Assembly (NCBI GenBank): GCA_963674825.1
Contig: OY771587.1
Span: forward strand, 3,808,001-3,872,000
DNA: 64,000 bases
Source of the DNA: Candidatus Cloacimonadales bacterium
Lineage (GTDB): Bacteria > Cloacimonadota > Cloacimonadia > Cloacimonadales > JAIOQZ01
Direction of reading: 5' to 3'
Made by a program: the position numbers and the translations under genes. This document shows, one piece after another, positions 49,741 through 60,346 of this stretch. Under the pieces are notes generated by a model, which had not been told where the DNA came from, searched no databases, and saw only the letters and a program-made list of their open reading frames with translations. Position 1 is the first letter of the stretch; every line of letters starts with the position of its first letter.

Positions 49741-50549
49741 CGGAGCAAGTCCTCCAGTGTGACGGACACATCACTCTTTTCGTCGCGATACTTGATAATG
49801 ATGGGACAATAGACGGAGAAACCCTCATGGCCCTTTAAAGGACGACTACCAGGCACGATCACCGCGCCGGCGGGTATCTTCTTGGCCTCGCGATTCAGAA
49901 ACTCACCCTTCACCGCATCAAAAACAGGCGTGCTGCCGGTGAGGATCACACCTGCTGCAATAATAGCCCTGGTCTCGACGATGATTCCGTCGAATATGCC
50001 TGAGTTCCCCCCAATAAAGACATCATCCTCGATGATCACGGGTTGTGCGCCAATCGGCTCCAAAACACCCCCCAATATCGCGCCAGCGCTGAGATGAACA
50101 CGTTTCCCGACCTGTGCACAACTACCAACCAGCGCATGGGAGTCGATCATCGATCCTTCGTCCACATAGCCTCCGACATTTACGTACGACGGTGGCATCA
50201 TCACCACCGATTTCGCCAGGTAAGATCCGGTACGAACCGACGATCCCCCAGGGACGATGCGAACACCGTCTTCGATCTCGAAGGTACGTTCGGGATAGGT
50301 GTCTTTATCGATGAAATATTTCATCTTGCTGAGCGGGATCTGACTGAGGGTACCCATGCGAAATCCCAGTAGAATACCTTTCTTGATCCATCCGTTGACC
50401 TGCCAGGTATCGCCATGCTTCTCGGCTGCTCGGATCTCCCCTCGATTCAGCGCAGAAATGAACGTGTTGAACAGCTCACGGTCAGCTGCGGTAAAGCTGC
50501 CTTTCTTGCTTTCGTAGCAGGTCTCAATTCTTTCTTGTAGATGATCCAT
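49737..50549 (-). CDS. dapD: Tetrahydrodipicolinate N-succinyltransferase
   Basis: [28 protein letters not shown] and GGVLEP. Confidence 0.93.
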   Translation of the reverse strand: MDHLQERIETCYESKKGSFTAADRELFNTFISALNRGEIRAAEKHGDTWQVNGWIKKGILLGFRMGTLSQIPLSKMKYFIDKDTYPERTFEIEDGVRIVPGGSSVRTGSYLAKSVVMMPPSYVNVGGYVDEGSMIDSHALVGSCAQVGKRVHLSAGAILGGVLEPIGAQPVIIEDDVFIGGNSGIFDGIIVETRAIIAAGVILTGSTPVFDAVKGEFLNREAKKIPAGAVIVPGSRPLKGHEGFSVYCPIIIKYRDEKSDVSVTLEDLLR

Positions 50550-51546
50550 TTTTACTCCTGAATTCATTGATTCTGGCGAAGAAATTGATTTCCATCGCGA
50601 TCTGATCCGGATTCAACACCTTCATTGCTGCGCCGAGATCCTTTGCCACCTTGGGCATTCCATAAACAACGCAAGTCTCTTCGTTCTGTGCTACAGTGTA
50701 CCACCCGGCTCGGCGCAGATTTAAAAGGCCCCGAGCCCCATCTTCGCCCATTCCGGTAAGAAGCACTGCCAGGCCCGAAGGTTCGCGTCTCACGATGCTA
50801 TTGAAAAAGATATCCACCGATGGATGGTAAAAAGTCTTCATCTCGGCTTTCCGATAGCGGAAGCACTCGTTCGAATCCAATATGAGATGATCGTCAGTCG
50901 CCGCCAGATAAATATTGTTCTCACTCGGTCGTTCACCTTCTTGAGCGATCTGCACCGGGATCTTGGTGTATGTTTGCATCCAGACAACCATGTTTTCTGT
51001 AAAACTCTTCGCAACATGCAAGATGATAATGATCGCCACCGGAATCGGCTGGAACAACTGCTGCATAATGGTTGTCAATATTCCCGGGCCACCTGTTGAA
51101 GCACCGATTGCGACCAGTGTCGGCTTCCTGTATGGCCTTTGTTCGCCGGATCGTTTATCTGGAGCAGTAAGCGGTTTGTGCGTACGCAGATAACCGAGAA
51201 ATTTCTTCCGCTCCGCCTCGGTTGGCTCGAACGGCAGTGTGATCGAACCCGACACACCCCAGTTCATGATATCGAAGATATAATGAACATCGCGCTTGGA
51301 GTCTCTCGTAACCACAAACACCAGGCATTTTGAGACCGACATGATATCACGTACGGTTCGTTTTGCGACGGATAAAGGAACATCCGTCGATATCAGGAAA
51401 ATATCCGCCGGATTGCTTTTCTGCTTTTCGATGACTTCCAGCGCACCCGTAACATTCCACACGAGCCAGAATTCCGATTCGTCTTTAAAAATGGATGTTA
51501 CCTGTGTCGAAAGGTGACTGGACAGAGTTAAGAGTCCGATTTTCAA
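50524..51546 (-). CDS. cheB: CheB-type methylesterase (WspF-like) with degenerate receiver
   Basis: GASTGGP, H, PSVD and LTGMG.DGA motifs; the REC phospho-site is not recognisable (DIFLISTD). Confidence 0.9.
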   Translation of the reverse strand: MKIGLLTLSSHLSTQVTSIFKDESEFWLVWNVTGALEVIEKQKSNPADIFLISTDVPLSVAKRTVRDIMSVSKCLVFVVTRDSKRDVHYIFDIMNWGVSGSITLPFEPTEAERKKFLGYLRTHKPLTAPDKRSGEQRPYRKPTLVAIGASTGGPGILTTIMQQLFQPIPVAIIIILHVAKSFTENMVVWMQTYTKIPVQIAQEGERPSENNIYLAATDDHLILDSNECFRYRKAEMKTFYHPSVDIFFNSIVRREPSGLAVLLTGMGEDGARGLLNLRRAGWYTVAQNEETCVVYGMPKVAKDLGAAMKVLNPDQIAMEINFFARINEFRSKNGSSTRKN

Positions 51547-51549
51547 ACG

Positions 51550-53346
51550 CTATTCACTCTCTGTGGAATCGATACCGTGGAAGTATTTCAATTCCTGCTG
51601 CAAGTTTGCGGCTGCCTGCTTGAGCTGCCGGGTTGTCTTCTCGAAATCTGCGATGGAATCAGAGGTCTTGAAGGCTGTATTGTTGAGATCAGCCATTGCC
51701 GTACTGATCTGTCCCGCACCTTCGGATTGCATGCGAATCTGCGACTCGACTTCCTCGAATCGCGGCGTAAGCTGCTGTACCTTCTCGATGATCAATTCCA
51801 TTTTGTTGATGATTCCCTGCACGTCGGAAGCTCCATTTCGAACCTGACTCATGAACTTTTCCATCTCCATCACACCGGACGAGACCGAATTGTACATCTC
51901 CTTGATCATCGCACCAATATCCATAGTGGCTACCGCTGTCTGATCTGCGAGCCTGCGAATCTCACGTGCCACAACAGAAAAGCCTTTACCGTATTCACCG
52001 GCCTTTTCCGCTTCGATTGCAGCATTGAGCGAAAGAAGGTTTGTCTTTTCCGCCACTTTCTGGATGGTAGACGTGATCAGGTTGATATTTTCGGTACGCT
52101 CATTGATGATCACCAGTTTGTCAGAAATCGAAATCGATGCGTCAAGTAGCTCTTTCATGGTGCTGTCCATACGCATCAGGTCATCGCGTCCCGTTCCCGC
52201 GAGATCGGCTGTAGCACCGGCAGAATCGGCAACCTGGCCCATGGTGTAAACCAGTTCTTTGGATGTCGATGAAATCTGCTGCGATGCCGCCACGACCTGA
52301 TTGGTCGAGGCACCGAGGCCGTTGACGTTGTCTTGCTGCTGCAAAGCGGTTGCGGAGATTTCGGTCGCCGTTGAGATTAAGCTGATTACCGAGCGCTTTA
52401 CTTCCAACAGTAATGACTGGAAGTGGCTCTTCATTTCATTGAATGCCGCGGCCAGCTGCCGTTGTTCTGTCGAGCCCCGCGGAACGAAACCGGCAGAGAA
52501 ATCCCCACTGGCCATTGAATCGACCCGATCGCGAAGCTGCAAGACTGGCTTTGAAATATTATGCGAGAACCATATACCGAATCCCAGCGCTACCAGCAGA
52601 ATCACCAGATTGACCATCGCACCGGTTAAAAGCACATGCTGCTTGAGCCGCGCGGAGGCTTCGTCGAAACCTTTGTCGATCTGTGCCGTATGAGCAGTTG
52701 CTTCCTTCTCGATCTGGTTGTGAACCGGCATGAAATAGGCATCGATATTCACTGCAGCTGCTACAATCAGATTCGTATTGGCAATATGCTTTAAAACCAT
52801 GAACTTCCGGCGTTCGATGTTATCTTTATCCAGGAATGTGTAGTATCCCTGGACATTATCTTCGTCAAACGAGCGTTCCACAAGCTTCCACATGACGGGA
52901 TATTGCTTCTGCCACTCGCTGAAATTGCGTCCTTCGACGTCTGTATTGGGATGGAGCACGGAAACGCCTTTGTTGTCCAGCACATCCACATAGCCGGCTT
53001 TTCGGAAATCAATGTAGATATCCTGCGTGCCGATCGTGCGTAGTTTCTCGTCCATACGAAGACGATCGTAGTTATAATAGTCCCGGCCCTTGAGGTTCCA
53101 GGAAAGCTCCATGGCAACGAGTTGCGCCTGCATATCGACGAGTTTTTCCCCGTAGTGACTGAGCTCCGTTTCGGCCAGGTTGCGGTTGACCTCGACGATG
53201 GAATTAACCTGCTCGTGTGAGAAGGTGCGCATCTCGCTCATGATGGTCGAAAGGATGATGCTGGTCAGTATTCCGGCACTGATCATCACCACCAAAATGA
53301 TGACCAGATAGGAGAGCATCAGGCTTGTTCGGATTTTCAAAGACAT
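51550..53346 (-). CDS. Methyl-accepting chemotaxis protein (WspA-like)
   Basis: Two TM helices, Cache-like periplasmic domain, HAMP and TNLLSLNAAIEAEKAGEYGKGFSVVA. Confidence 0.93.
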   Translation of the reverse strand: MSLKIRTSLMLSYLVIILVVMISAGILTSIILSTIMSEMRTFSHEQVNSIVEVNRNLAETELSHYGEKLVDMQAQLVAMELSWNLKGRDYYNYDRLRMDEKLRTIGTQDIYIDFRKAGYVDVLDNKGVSVLHPNTDVEGRNFSEWQKQYPVMWKLVERSFDEDNVQGYYTFLDKDNIERRKFMVLKHIANTNLIVAAAVNIDAYFMPVHNQIEKEATAHTAQIDKGFDEASARLKQHVLLTGAMVNLVILLVALGFGIWFSHNISKPVLQLRDRVDSMASGDFSAGFVPRGSTEQRQLAAAFNEMKSHFQSLLLEVKRSVISLISTATEISATALQQQDNVNGLGASTNQVVAASQQISSTSKELVYTMGQVADSAGATADLAGTGRDDLMRMDSTMKELLDASISISDKLVIINERTENINLITSTIQKVAEKTNLLSLNAAIEAEKAGEYGKGFSVVAREIRRLADQTAVATMDIGAMIKEMYNSVSSGVMEMEKFMSQVRNGASDVQGIINKMELIIEKVQQLTPRFEEVESQIRMQSEGAGQISTAMADLNNTAFKTSDSIADFEKTTRQLKQAAANLQQELKYFHGIDSTESE

Positions 53347-53455
53347 CGTGACTCCCGGTTGGTTTCCTTGCAGTAAAATATGACAGCAGGCTGTTTTGGC
53401 GTCAATCTTTTCTGCGTTCCTTCTGCTGATGCGATGTTCTTGATGCATCGTATAT

Positions 53456-53487
53456 AAAAAAGCCACCGTCGATGATGACGATGGCTT
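53456..53487 (-). terminator. Rho-independent terminator
   Basis: AAGCCA.CGTC/GACG.TGGCTT stem with an A tract on the + strand. Confidence 0.65.
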
Positions 53488-53515
53488 CTATTGTAACATT
53501 CTGATCGAATTAGTA

Positions 53516-55597
53516 CTATTTGAACATTATCAGCTTTTTGATCTTGGTCTGTCCGGTGGTGTTCATCTTGAGGAAATACACACCGGAAGCGACGGTGCGG
53601 CCACTCTCGTCCTTACCATCCCACTGAACAGTGTGGTAACCCTGATCAAGCCTGCCATCCTGCAGCATGCGAACGCGCTGTCCACGGATGTTGTAAACCG
53701 AGATTTCTACCTTCTGCTGATCGGCAAGATAGAACTTCACATTCGTTTCACGGCCAATCGAGCGATCGAAGGGATTCGGGAAACTACCCAGAAGCAGGTT
53801 GCCCTGGAGGACTTCTCCCTCATCGTCGATGGACGACGGTTCATCGATGGTGAAACTATAGTAGCCGGATGCAGGAACGACAGTCTCGTTGCCAGCGAAA
53901 TCAATCGCAGCGATTTTGTAGTGAATCAGGTCGTTCTGTTCAATGCCATCCGGGTTGAATATGCCATTCCAGACCGATTCGAACGAATCGGATTCGGTAA
54001 ACGCGATGGGAGTTTGCTCGACTGCGTTGATCATAAAGCGCATCTCAACCGTCGCAACACCTGCGTTGTCAGTGACAATCGCGCTGATTGTCAGCGGTAG
54101 TTCGTTGATCGGAGTATCTGCGATTTCGTCAAACTCGATCGCGGGAGCTTCTGTGTCTTCCGATGTCGTGTAAACATGCGGATCCCAGCTTCCAATATAC
54201 GGATGGTTCGCACGTTTACCTGCCTCATCCAGCGCGTGGATGTAGTAATCGACTTCTGTGTTCGGCGCAATACCAGGGATCGAAGCGGTATATTCGTCGC
54301 CACCGGTACCCGTCATAATGACAGATTGCCATTCGGCATCGCCAGCTTTATAGAACACGCGTACTGAATCGGCGACCAGCGCTTCGTTGCTATAAGGATG
54401 AATCACCGCTGTAATCTCGACATCCTGCAGGGCCGTCTGAACACCGTCTACCGGCATGTGATGGACGTAAAGCATATGCTCGTCCGGAATTTCGTGAACA
54501 CGGCAGTGCAGCGCGTCGGTATCGTACCATGCGCTCGACTGAACACCGACAATCTGATAGCCTGGCATCGCTTCTTCGTATGTTGCAAGCGCTTCATCGT
54601 CCCATTGATTACCCGATTGCGGCACATAGACCTTATTGTTGAGAATCAGCGAGTTCGTATAAGGGGTGGGATAATTGTTTCCGCCGGGAGAATAGACACG
54701 ATATACCTGATACGGCGTGCCCCATGAGCTTGTCGATGTCGCGAAATAATCCGCCAGAAACTCGTAGTCATCGTAGCGCGGATCGCTTTCGGATACCTGA
54801 CCGAGGAGAATTTTATCTACATCGAGGAACTTTCCCCAGCAGTCAACGTGCTTGATGTAATCGGCAAGCGGATCCAGCGTGACATGGTAATTGGTGATGC
54901 CACAATACTCTTCGATCAGCTCGTGGATTGTCTCATCTGGAGCAGAGTTTTCATCGTAAACCAGATCGGTTGAGACAGCCTGTCCGAGCCCGTCGCACAT
55001 ATAGTTACCACCGGTATGCGTGATGTTCATGCCGTATAGCGGCAGTGAATAGGCATCAGCAAATTCGATGGGAATGTCGTTGTCATTGGGACGCGGACGG
55101 TTGTACGGGAAATTGATGACGGCGAGTTCGTCGTTGCCGTCGAAGATGAACCAGGGACCATAATCACGAGTCCAGTGCGAGTCGGTTGCCGCAATCAGGA
55201 ACTCGATGTTGTCCATGTTGACACCGTTGCTCTGGAAAGAGCTTGTCGCACTGTTTGCCTGAGACTGACTGGAGGCGATCACCACCACCTTTGCTTCCTG
55301 CGACATCTCCACGACCAGTGCCATCGGGATACCCAACGGGTAGCGGATCAGCCCACCGTACATCGGCTCGAATTCCGCGACCTGGCGGATCGGGCCAACT
55401 GGGGGATCAGTAACATAAAAATCTCTACCGATTGTCTCGGAACGTGCCTGTTCTTCGGCTGTCATCCAGTGCGGTAGTGAGTTGGGATATTTCTCATACC
55501 ATTGTTTTGTGCGTTCTTCCAGCGTCGTATCCGCGAACAGAATCGAACCCAGCATAAGCAGAACCAGCGCTGAAACCAGAACCTGACGTATCTTCAC
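53516..55597 (-). CDS. Secreted peptidylarginine/agmatine deiminase-family enzyme with FlgD-Ig CTD
   Basis: GTG after a GAGGAGG RBS; signal peptide; AEFE, WTRD, GGN, HVD, YTN and LHC catalytic motifs; Ig-like domains; PNPF...SGVY CTD. Confidence 0.88.
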   Translation of the reverse strand: MKIRQVLVSALVLLMLGSILFADTTLEERTKQWYEKYPNSLPHWMTAEEQARSETIGRDFYVTDPPVGPIRQVAEFEPMYGGLIRYPLGIPMALVVEMSQEAKVVVIASSQSQANSATSSFQSNGVNMDNIEFLIAATDSHWTRDYGPWFIFDGNDELAVINFPYNRPRPNDNDIPIEFADAYSLPLYGMNITHTGGNYMCDGLGQAVSTDLVYDENSAPDETIHELIEEYCGITNYHVTLDPLADYIKHVDCWGKFLDVDKILLGQVSESDPRYDDYEFLADYFATSTSSWGTPYQVYRVYSPGGNNYPTPYTNSLILNNKVYVPQSGNQWDDEALATYEEAMPGYQIVGVQSSAWYDTDALHCRVHEIPDEHMLYVHHMPVDGVQTALQDVEITAVIHPYSNEALVADSVRVFYKAGDAEWQSVIMTGTGGDEYTASIPGIAPNTEVDYYIHALDEAGKRANHPYIGSWDPHVYTTSEDTEAPAIEFDEIADTPINELPLTISAIVTDNAGVATVEMRFMINAVEQTPIAFTESDSFESVWNGIFNPDGIEQNDLIHYKIAAIDFAGNETVVPASGYYSFTIDEPSSIDDEGEVLQGNLLLGSFPNPFDRSIGRETNVKFYLADQQKVEISVYNIRGQRVRMLQDGRLDQGYHTVQWDGKDESGRTVASGVYFLKMNTTGQTKIKKLIMFK

Positions 55598-55819
55598 ATT
55601 TCCTCCTCGATTTTCATCTATCGTTTTGCATACCAATTCATTCTATTTTGCACGAAGCATTCCAATACGAAGCTTTTCAGCGTAATCGATCTGTCAACCG
55701 AAAAGCTCGGCGCCCCCCCTCTGACCATCGTTCAGAAAATCATGTATAAATGCACGCTTGCATTTGCGTACTATGAATTTCTTGTTATTATATCCTAAAA
55801 TGATTTGTACGGAGCTGAG

Positions 55820-56041
55820 ATGAAACCGCAGAAGACACCTCTTATCATACAGTTGCTGACGCTGTTCGTAGGATTTATCTTCCTTTGTGTCATTTATCTA
55901 GCGTTGAGCGATATATCGCATGGTCAGAAGCCTGACCTGACAGGCGAATGGGATCTGGTGCAGATCGGCATTAAAATCGTCGGCGGCGCGATACTCATCT
56001 CCATTATTATCAGCGCGCTAAACCTGTTTCGTAAGAAGTAA
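55820..56041 (+). CDS. Small 2-TM hypothetical protein
   Basis: GGAG RBS; two hydrophobic helices flanking LSDI.HG..PD...EW. Confidence 0.6.
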   Translation: MKPQKTPLIIQLLTLFVGFIFLCVIYLALSDISHGQKPDLTGEWDLVQIGIKIVGGAILISIIISALNLFRKK

Positions 56042-56221
56042 ACAACCAACTACTACTGCAACTCCAACCTATTCTCTTGTGATACAGTATCAATTATAGC
56101 ATTCTTTTGTCAGGATACTGCCTGACGCTCCTATCATGGCCGTGTAAGATTGAGGCACAGAACTAAAAATCTTGACAATGGCTGACTTTGTTTAGAGAAA
56201 GAGAAGAAACAGGAGGATTTT

Positions 56222-56803
56222 ATGAAGAAAATCGCAATTGCATTCCTACTATTAATTTCCATGTCATGCAGCTTTCTTGCTGCTCAAGCCAAAGTCCAGC
56301 TAAATCTCGGTTTCGACTTCCCCGGTAAACACAAATTTTCATATCATGGCGATACTGCTGAATATGACACAGATTTTGGTATTTCACCAGCGCTTGAAGT
56401 GGTATTCCCTGTCGCACAGCAGATTATGTTGGGATTAGGCGCTGAGTATCAGGTTGAACGCGGTATTGACGAAGATTTTTACGGTGACTTCTCACCGAAA
56501 TACGGCTTTATTCCCTTTTATGGGACGGCAAAAGTACAACTGGTCCCTGAGGGTCCGATTATTCCAGAACTTTGCGGACATGTAGGTTATTCATTCATGT
56601 ACGCAAATGATGATTACAAAGGCAATGACACCGTAGAAGGCGGTTTTTATTTCGCTATCGGTGGCGGCATCGCTATAAACAATAAGTTTGTCATCAACAT
56701 GCTTTATCGATATCAATCGGGATCGATTTCGAGCAGTTTTTACGACGAAACAACTGAGATTACACAGACACAGTTCACGATGCAAATCAGCGCTCGTATA
56801 TAA
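56222..56803 (+). CDS. Outer-membrane beta-barrel protein, paralog 1
   Basis: Signal peptide; GxDFPG, EYQ.ER, F.P.Y and GG.Y.A.GGG shared with the next two genes. Confidence 0.8.
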   Translation: MKKIAIAFLLLISMSCSFLAAQAKVQLNLGFDFPGKHKFSYHGDTAEYDTDFGISPALEVVFPVAQQIMLGLGAEYQVERGIDEDFYGDFSPKYGFIPFYGTAKVQLVPEGPIIPELCGHVGYSFMYANDDYKGNDTVEGGFYFAIGGGIAINNKFVINMLYRYQSGSISSSFYDETTEITQTQFTMQISARI

Positions 56804-56826
56804 AAACTCTCATCTATGGTATCAGA

Positions 56827-57405
56827 GTGAGAATAGCAGGAATACTCTTCGCGATCATTTTTATTCCGATCGCATCGCTGCATGCTCAGGTCCAGGTTAA
56901 TCTGGGCCTGGACTTCCCCGGCGAGCACAAGTGTTCCTGCAACGGTAACAGCGATATTTACAGCAGCACAACCGGTGTATCTTCATCGTTGGAAGCCTTC
57001 TTTTCCATTGGACGTTACGTCAAGCTGGGGCCCGGCCTGGAATACCAATTCGAACGTGAAGTCAAAGACGATTCTTATGGTGACTTCGAGCCCAAGTTTC
57101 GATTTGTCCCGCTCTATCTTACTACCAAGATCGGGCTTCTCACTGAAGGATCTTTCATCCCCGAGCTCAACCTGCATATCGGCTATAACTTCATCCATAG
57201 CAATTTCGATTACGCCGGCTTTTCTGATGTAGAAGGCGGATTGTATTTCGCGGCTGGTGGTGGTATCGTGATCTACGATCACTTCGTTCTCGATCTGCTG
57301 TATCGATATCAGCAGGCTTATATTGAAAGTGGATACGAAAATTGCAACTATACAAAAGACGTGACGCAGACCCAGTTCACGCTACAGATCGGCGCACGCC
57401 TGTAA
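56827..57405 (+). CDS. Outer-membrane beta-barrel protein, paralog 2
   Basis: Same motifs as its neighbours. Confidence 0.8.
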   Translation: MRIAGILFAIIFIPIASLHAQVQVNLGLDFPGEHKCSCNGNSDIYSSTTGVSSSLEAFFSIGRYVKLGPGLEYQFEREVKDDSYGDFEPKFRFVPLYLTTKIGLLTEGSFIPELNLHIGYNFIHSNFDYAGFSDVEGGLYFAAGGGIVIYDHFVLDLLYRYQQAYIESGYENCNYTKDVTQTQFTLQIGARL

Positions 57406-57417
57406 CAAGGAGAATTC

Positions 57418-57993
57418 ATGAAGAAACTGGCACTGTATATGGCACTATTTCTCTCGATGACTTTCATGCTCGCGCAGGAGAAAACAATCGTGCAGGTTAA
57501 TGTGGGAATCGACTTTCCTGGACAGCAAAGTGGTACCCTGGACGGACACACGGAGAATGCCGATACACTACCCGGTATTTCACCCTCTATCGAATTCATG
57601 TATAAAGTCGAAGAAGTCTTCCTCATGGGAGTCGGCTGGGAATACCAATTGGAACGCGGCATTGAAGATTCAGGCGGAGCAAAATATCGTTTTATGCCTC
57701 TTTACGTGACCGGGAAATACCCTTTAATGAAAGAAGGCTCGGCCATTCCGGAAATCAATTTCCATATTGGATACAACTTCTTAATAGCTAACAGAGATTA
57801 CAAAGGCAGTGGTGATACACGTGGCGGATTCTACGTCGCCGGTGGAGGTGGAATCGCTATAGAGAATACATTCATCATCAATCTGCTTTATCGTTATCAA
57901 TCCGGCGCGATCAATTACAAATACTACGATAACAGCATCAAAATCGATATCGTACAGCAGCAGCTGACCGCACAGATAGGTTTCCGATTCTAA
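57418..57993 (+). CDS. Outer-membrane beta-barrel protein, paralog 3
   Basis: Same motifs; ends in GFRF. Confidence 0.8.
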   Translation: MKKLALYMALFLSMTFMLAQEKTIVQVNVGIDFPGQQSGTLDGHTENADTLPGISPSIEFMYKVEEVFLMGVGWEYQLERGIEDSGGAKYRFMPLYVTGKYPLMKEGSAIPEINFHIGYNFLIANRDYKGSGDTRGGFYVAGGGGIAIENTFIINLLYRYQSGAINYKYYDNSIKIDIVQQQLTAQIGFRF

Positions 57994-58107
57994 GCGGCTC
58001 AGGCAATTTTTACAGGTGATAGACTTCGTGTTTGTCATCTGTTTTCATTTCATTTCATTGACAATTTCTGCGGCTGTCATTTTCTTGAATGTTACAAAAA
58101 ATGGGAG

Positions 58108-59637
58108 ATGAATATGCAACGAATTACTCTGATAGCGATCCTGCTACTCTCTACTGTCATGCTCAGCGCTGCCGTAGTAAAAATTATGTCTTACAACTCT
58201 TTGAACTTTAACGATGACGATACAGATAGACTGGACGACTTCGAAACCGTGTTCGATCAAATTTCACCCACTATCCTGGTTATGCAGGAAATGGTTAGTG
58301 AAGACGGTGCAGACCTCATGATTGAAGCGCTCAACGACGATTACGATGACTATGAGAGATCGCCGTTCATCAACGGTAACGACTCCGATCACATCCTTTT
58401 CTATAAATCCTCATGCGTTGAATTCATTGACATGGATTATATCGAGACCGACCTGCGCGAGATCGCGGAGTACGAGGTTGAAATCTTCGGCGTGCCACTC
58501 AATATCTATTCCTGTCACCTCAAAGCGAGCCAGGGCGGCGACAACGAGCAACAACGGCTTTACGAAGTCACGATCCTGCGCAACCACCTGAATGCGCTTC
58601 CCAGCGGTACAGAGTTTATCATTGTTGGCGATATGAACATCTACACCAGCAGCGAATCGGCCTATCAGAAATTCATCGCCAGCGAATCGGACAACGATGG
58701 AAGAGCTCGAGACACCATCGATGAAATCGGAAACTGGCACGACAACGCGCAATTTGCCGACGTACACACCCAGTCAACCCGTACCGATCAGGTTGGTGGC
58801 GGAGCTACCGGAGGACTCGACGACCGCTTCGATTACATGTTCATCAACTACAACATGAACGACGGCGACGGAATCGATTTCATCGAAGACAGCCTTGTAC
58901 CGTACGGTAACGACGGAAACCACCTGAACGAATCGATCAACGAAGGCAACAACAGCGCAGTCCCGTCCTACGTAGCAGACGCGCTGCATGACGCATCCGA
59001 TCACCTCCCGGTTTACGGGCTGTTCGAGACCTGCGACATGCCGGTCGTTACGCTCGATTATCTGCGCGTGAATATCGACGCCACCATCGAATGGCAGACC
59101 TTCGATGAAGATGACATCCTGGGCTATAACCTATACCGTTCATCAACCAACAACCTCGACGACGCTGTGCAGATCAACCAGGAAATGATCGAGGCAACCG
59201 GCGATTCAGAGCAGGAATACACATTTGTCGACGAATCCGTCCCTACCGGGTACTGGTACTTCTGGCTCGAAATGCTCGGGCTCGATGGCCAGAGCGAAAT
59301 GTCTTACCCAATCTACCACGGTGTCGTGGCAAACGACGACCCGACCGTTCCGGAATATACCGGACTCTCCGTTCAGCCTAACTACCCCAATCCGTTCAAT
59401 CCCGAGACGACCATTCGTTTCTCAATTGCAGATGCTTCACAGACAAACGTCGCCATTTATAATATCCGTGGTGAAAAAGTCAGCACGCTTCTGAATGAAC
59501 ATGTTGAAGCGGGTGCTCATGCCGTAACATGGCACGGAACGAATGCTCAGGGCGAGACACTCGGATCCGGTATCTATTTCTGTCGAGTCAAGACGGAGAC
59601 CCAAACAAGCGTTATCCGCATGCTCATGATGAAATAA
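58108..59637 (+). CDS. Secreted endonuclease/exonuclease/phosphatase-family protein with FlgD-Ig CTD
   Basis: SYN, QE, HLKA, GDMN, RFD and SDHLPV EEP motifs; YPNPFNPET CTD. Confidence 0.9.
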   Translation: MNMQRITLIAILLLSTVMLSAAVVKIMSYNSLNFNDDDTDRLDDFETVFDQISPTILVMQEMVSEDGADLMIEALNDDYDDYERSPFINGNDSDHILFYKSSCVEFIDMDYIETDLREIAEYEVEIFGVPLNIYSCHLKASQGGDNEQQRLYEVTILRNHLNALPSGTEFIIVGDMNIYTSSESAYQKFIASESDNDGRARDTIDEIGNWHDNAQFADVHTQSTRTDQVGGGATGGLDDRFDYMFINYNMNDGDGIDFIEDSLVPYGNDGNHLNESINEGNNSAVPSYVADALHDASDHLPVYGLFETCDMPVVTLDYLRVNIDATIEWQTFDEDDILGYNLYRSSTNNLDDAVQINQEMIEATGDSEQEYTFVDESVPTGYWYFWLEMLGLDGQSEMSYPIYHGVVANDDPTVPEYTGLSVQPNYPNPFNPETTIRFSIADASQTNVAIYNIRGEKVSTLLNEHVEAGAHAVTWHGTNAQGETLGSGIYFCRVKTETQTSVIRMLMMK

Positions 59638-59657
59638 AAGGTTCTGAAAATATATTG

Positions 59658-59685
59658 AAGGCAGGTTTGACAACCTGCCTTTTTT
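59658..59685 (+). terminator. Rho-independent terminator
   Basis: AAGGCAGGTT/AACCTGCCTT stem followed by a T tract. Confidence 0.8.
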
Positions 59686-59745
59686 ATTTGGACCGATAAT
59701 CACCTACTTGGCAAAAAAAAACGGCAGGTGCGGATAAAAACGTAC

Positions 59746-60192
59746 CTACCGTTCCAAGTCGATGTGCGATCCGGAAGTATTTTCAACCGGATCTTTAAGC
59801 TTTTGAATGGACCGATCCTTTCCCTGGATTTCGTAACCGAACAAACTTCTGCTGTGAACCCTTTCGCGCTCTTCAAGTGATGAAAAGGACGAAGGGGAAG
59901 ACTTTTGTGCTAGGCTGTGGGAGTCTTCCCCTTCCGCTTCGCGTAAGTTAACAGACTCTGCGGAGTTCGGATCTGGAGACGAACCGGAGTTTGGCATTTC
60001 CGCTGTAAGCCCATCTCCTTTCCCGGTCTCCTGCAAAGCCGTCTTCACTTTCTGTGTAGTTTGCCAATCGTTCCTGACTTCCCTGTCCCGAGTCTCCTGC
60101 GATGTCCCATCAAGGTTCTTCCTTTTGGCTCTCTGGCCGTTGGAAAGCGAAGCATGATTTCGCAAAAAACTCAACTCTCGAGGGATTGTCAT
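59746..60192 (-). CDS. Hypothetical low-complexity protein
   Basis: GGAGG RBS; polar and probably disordered; ends GSHIDLER. Confidence 0.55.
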   Translation of the reverse strand: MTIPRELSFLRNHASLSNGQRAKRKNLDGTSQETRDREVRNDWQTTQKVKTALQETGKGDGLTAEMPNSGSSPDPNSAESVNLREAEGEDSHSLAQKSSPSSFSSLEERERVHSRSLFGYEIQGKDRSIQKLKDPVENTSGSHIDLER

Positions 60193-60346
60193 AAAATCCT
60201 CCAATGTTGAAGTCAGAATCGGCGTCTTTTCAAGGTTCTACATCTTCTTATCGGTTGCCTAATCCGCACTCTTTAGGTAATTTTTCATAAAAAGCGTGTT
60301 TTTTCTTTGACGTTGCGCCTGCCGTGGAAATATACAGAGATTATTA

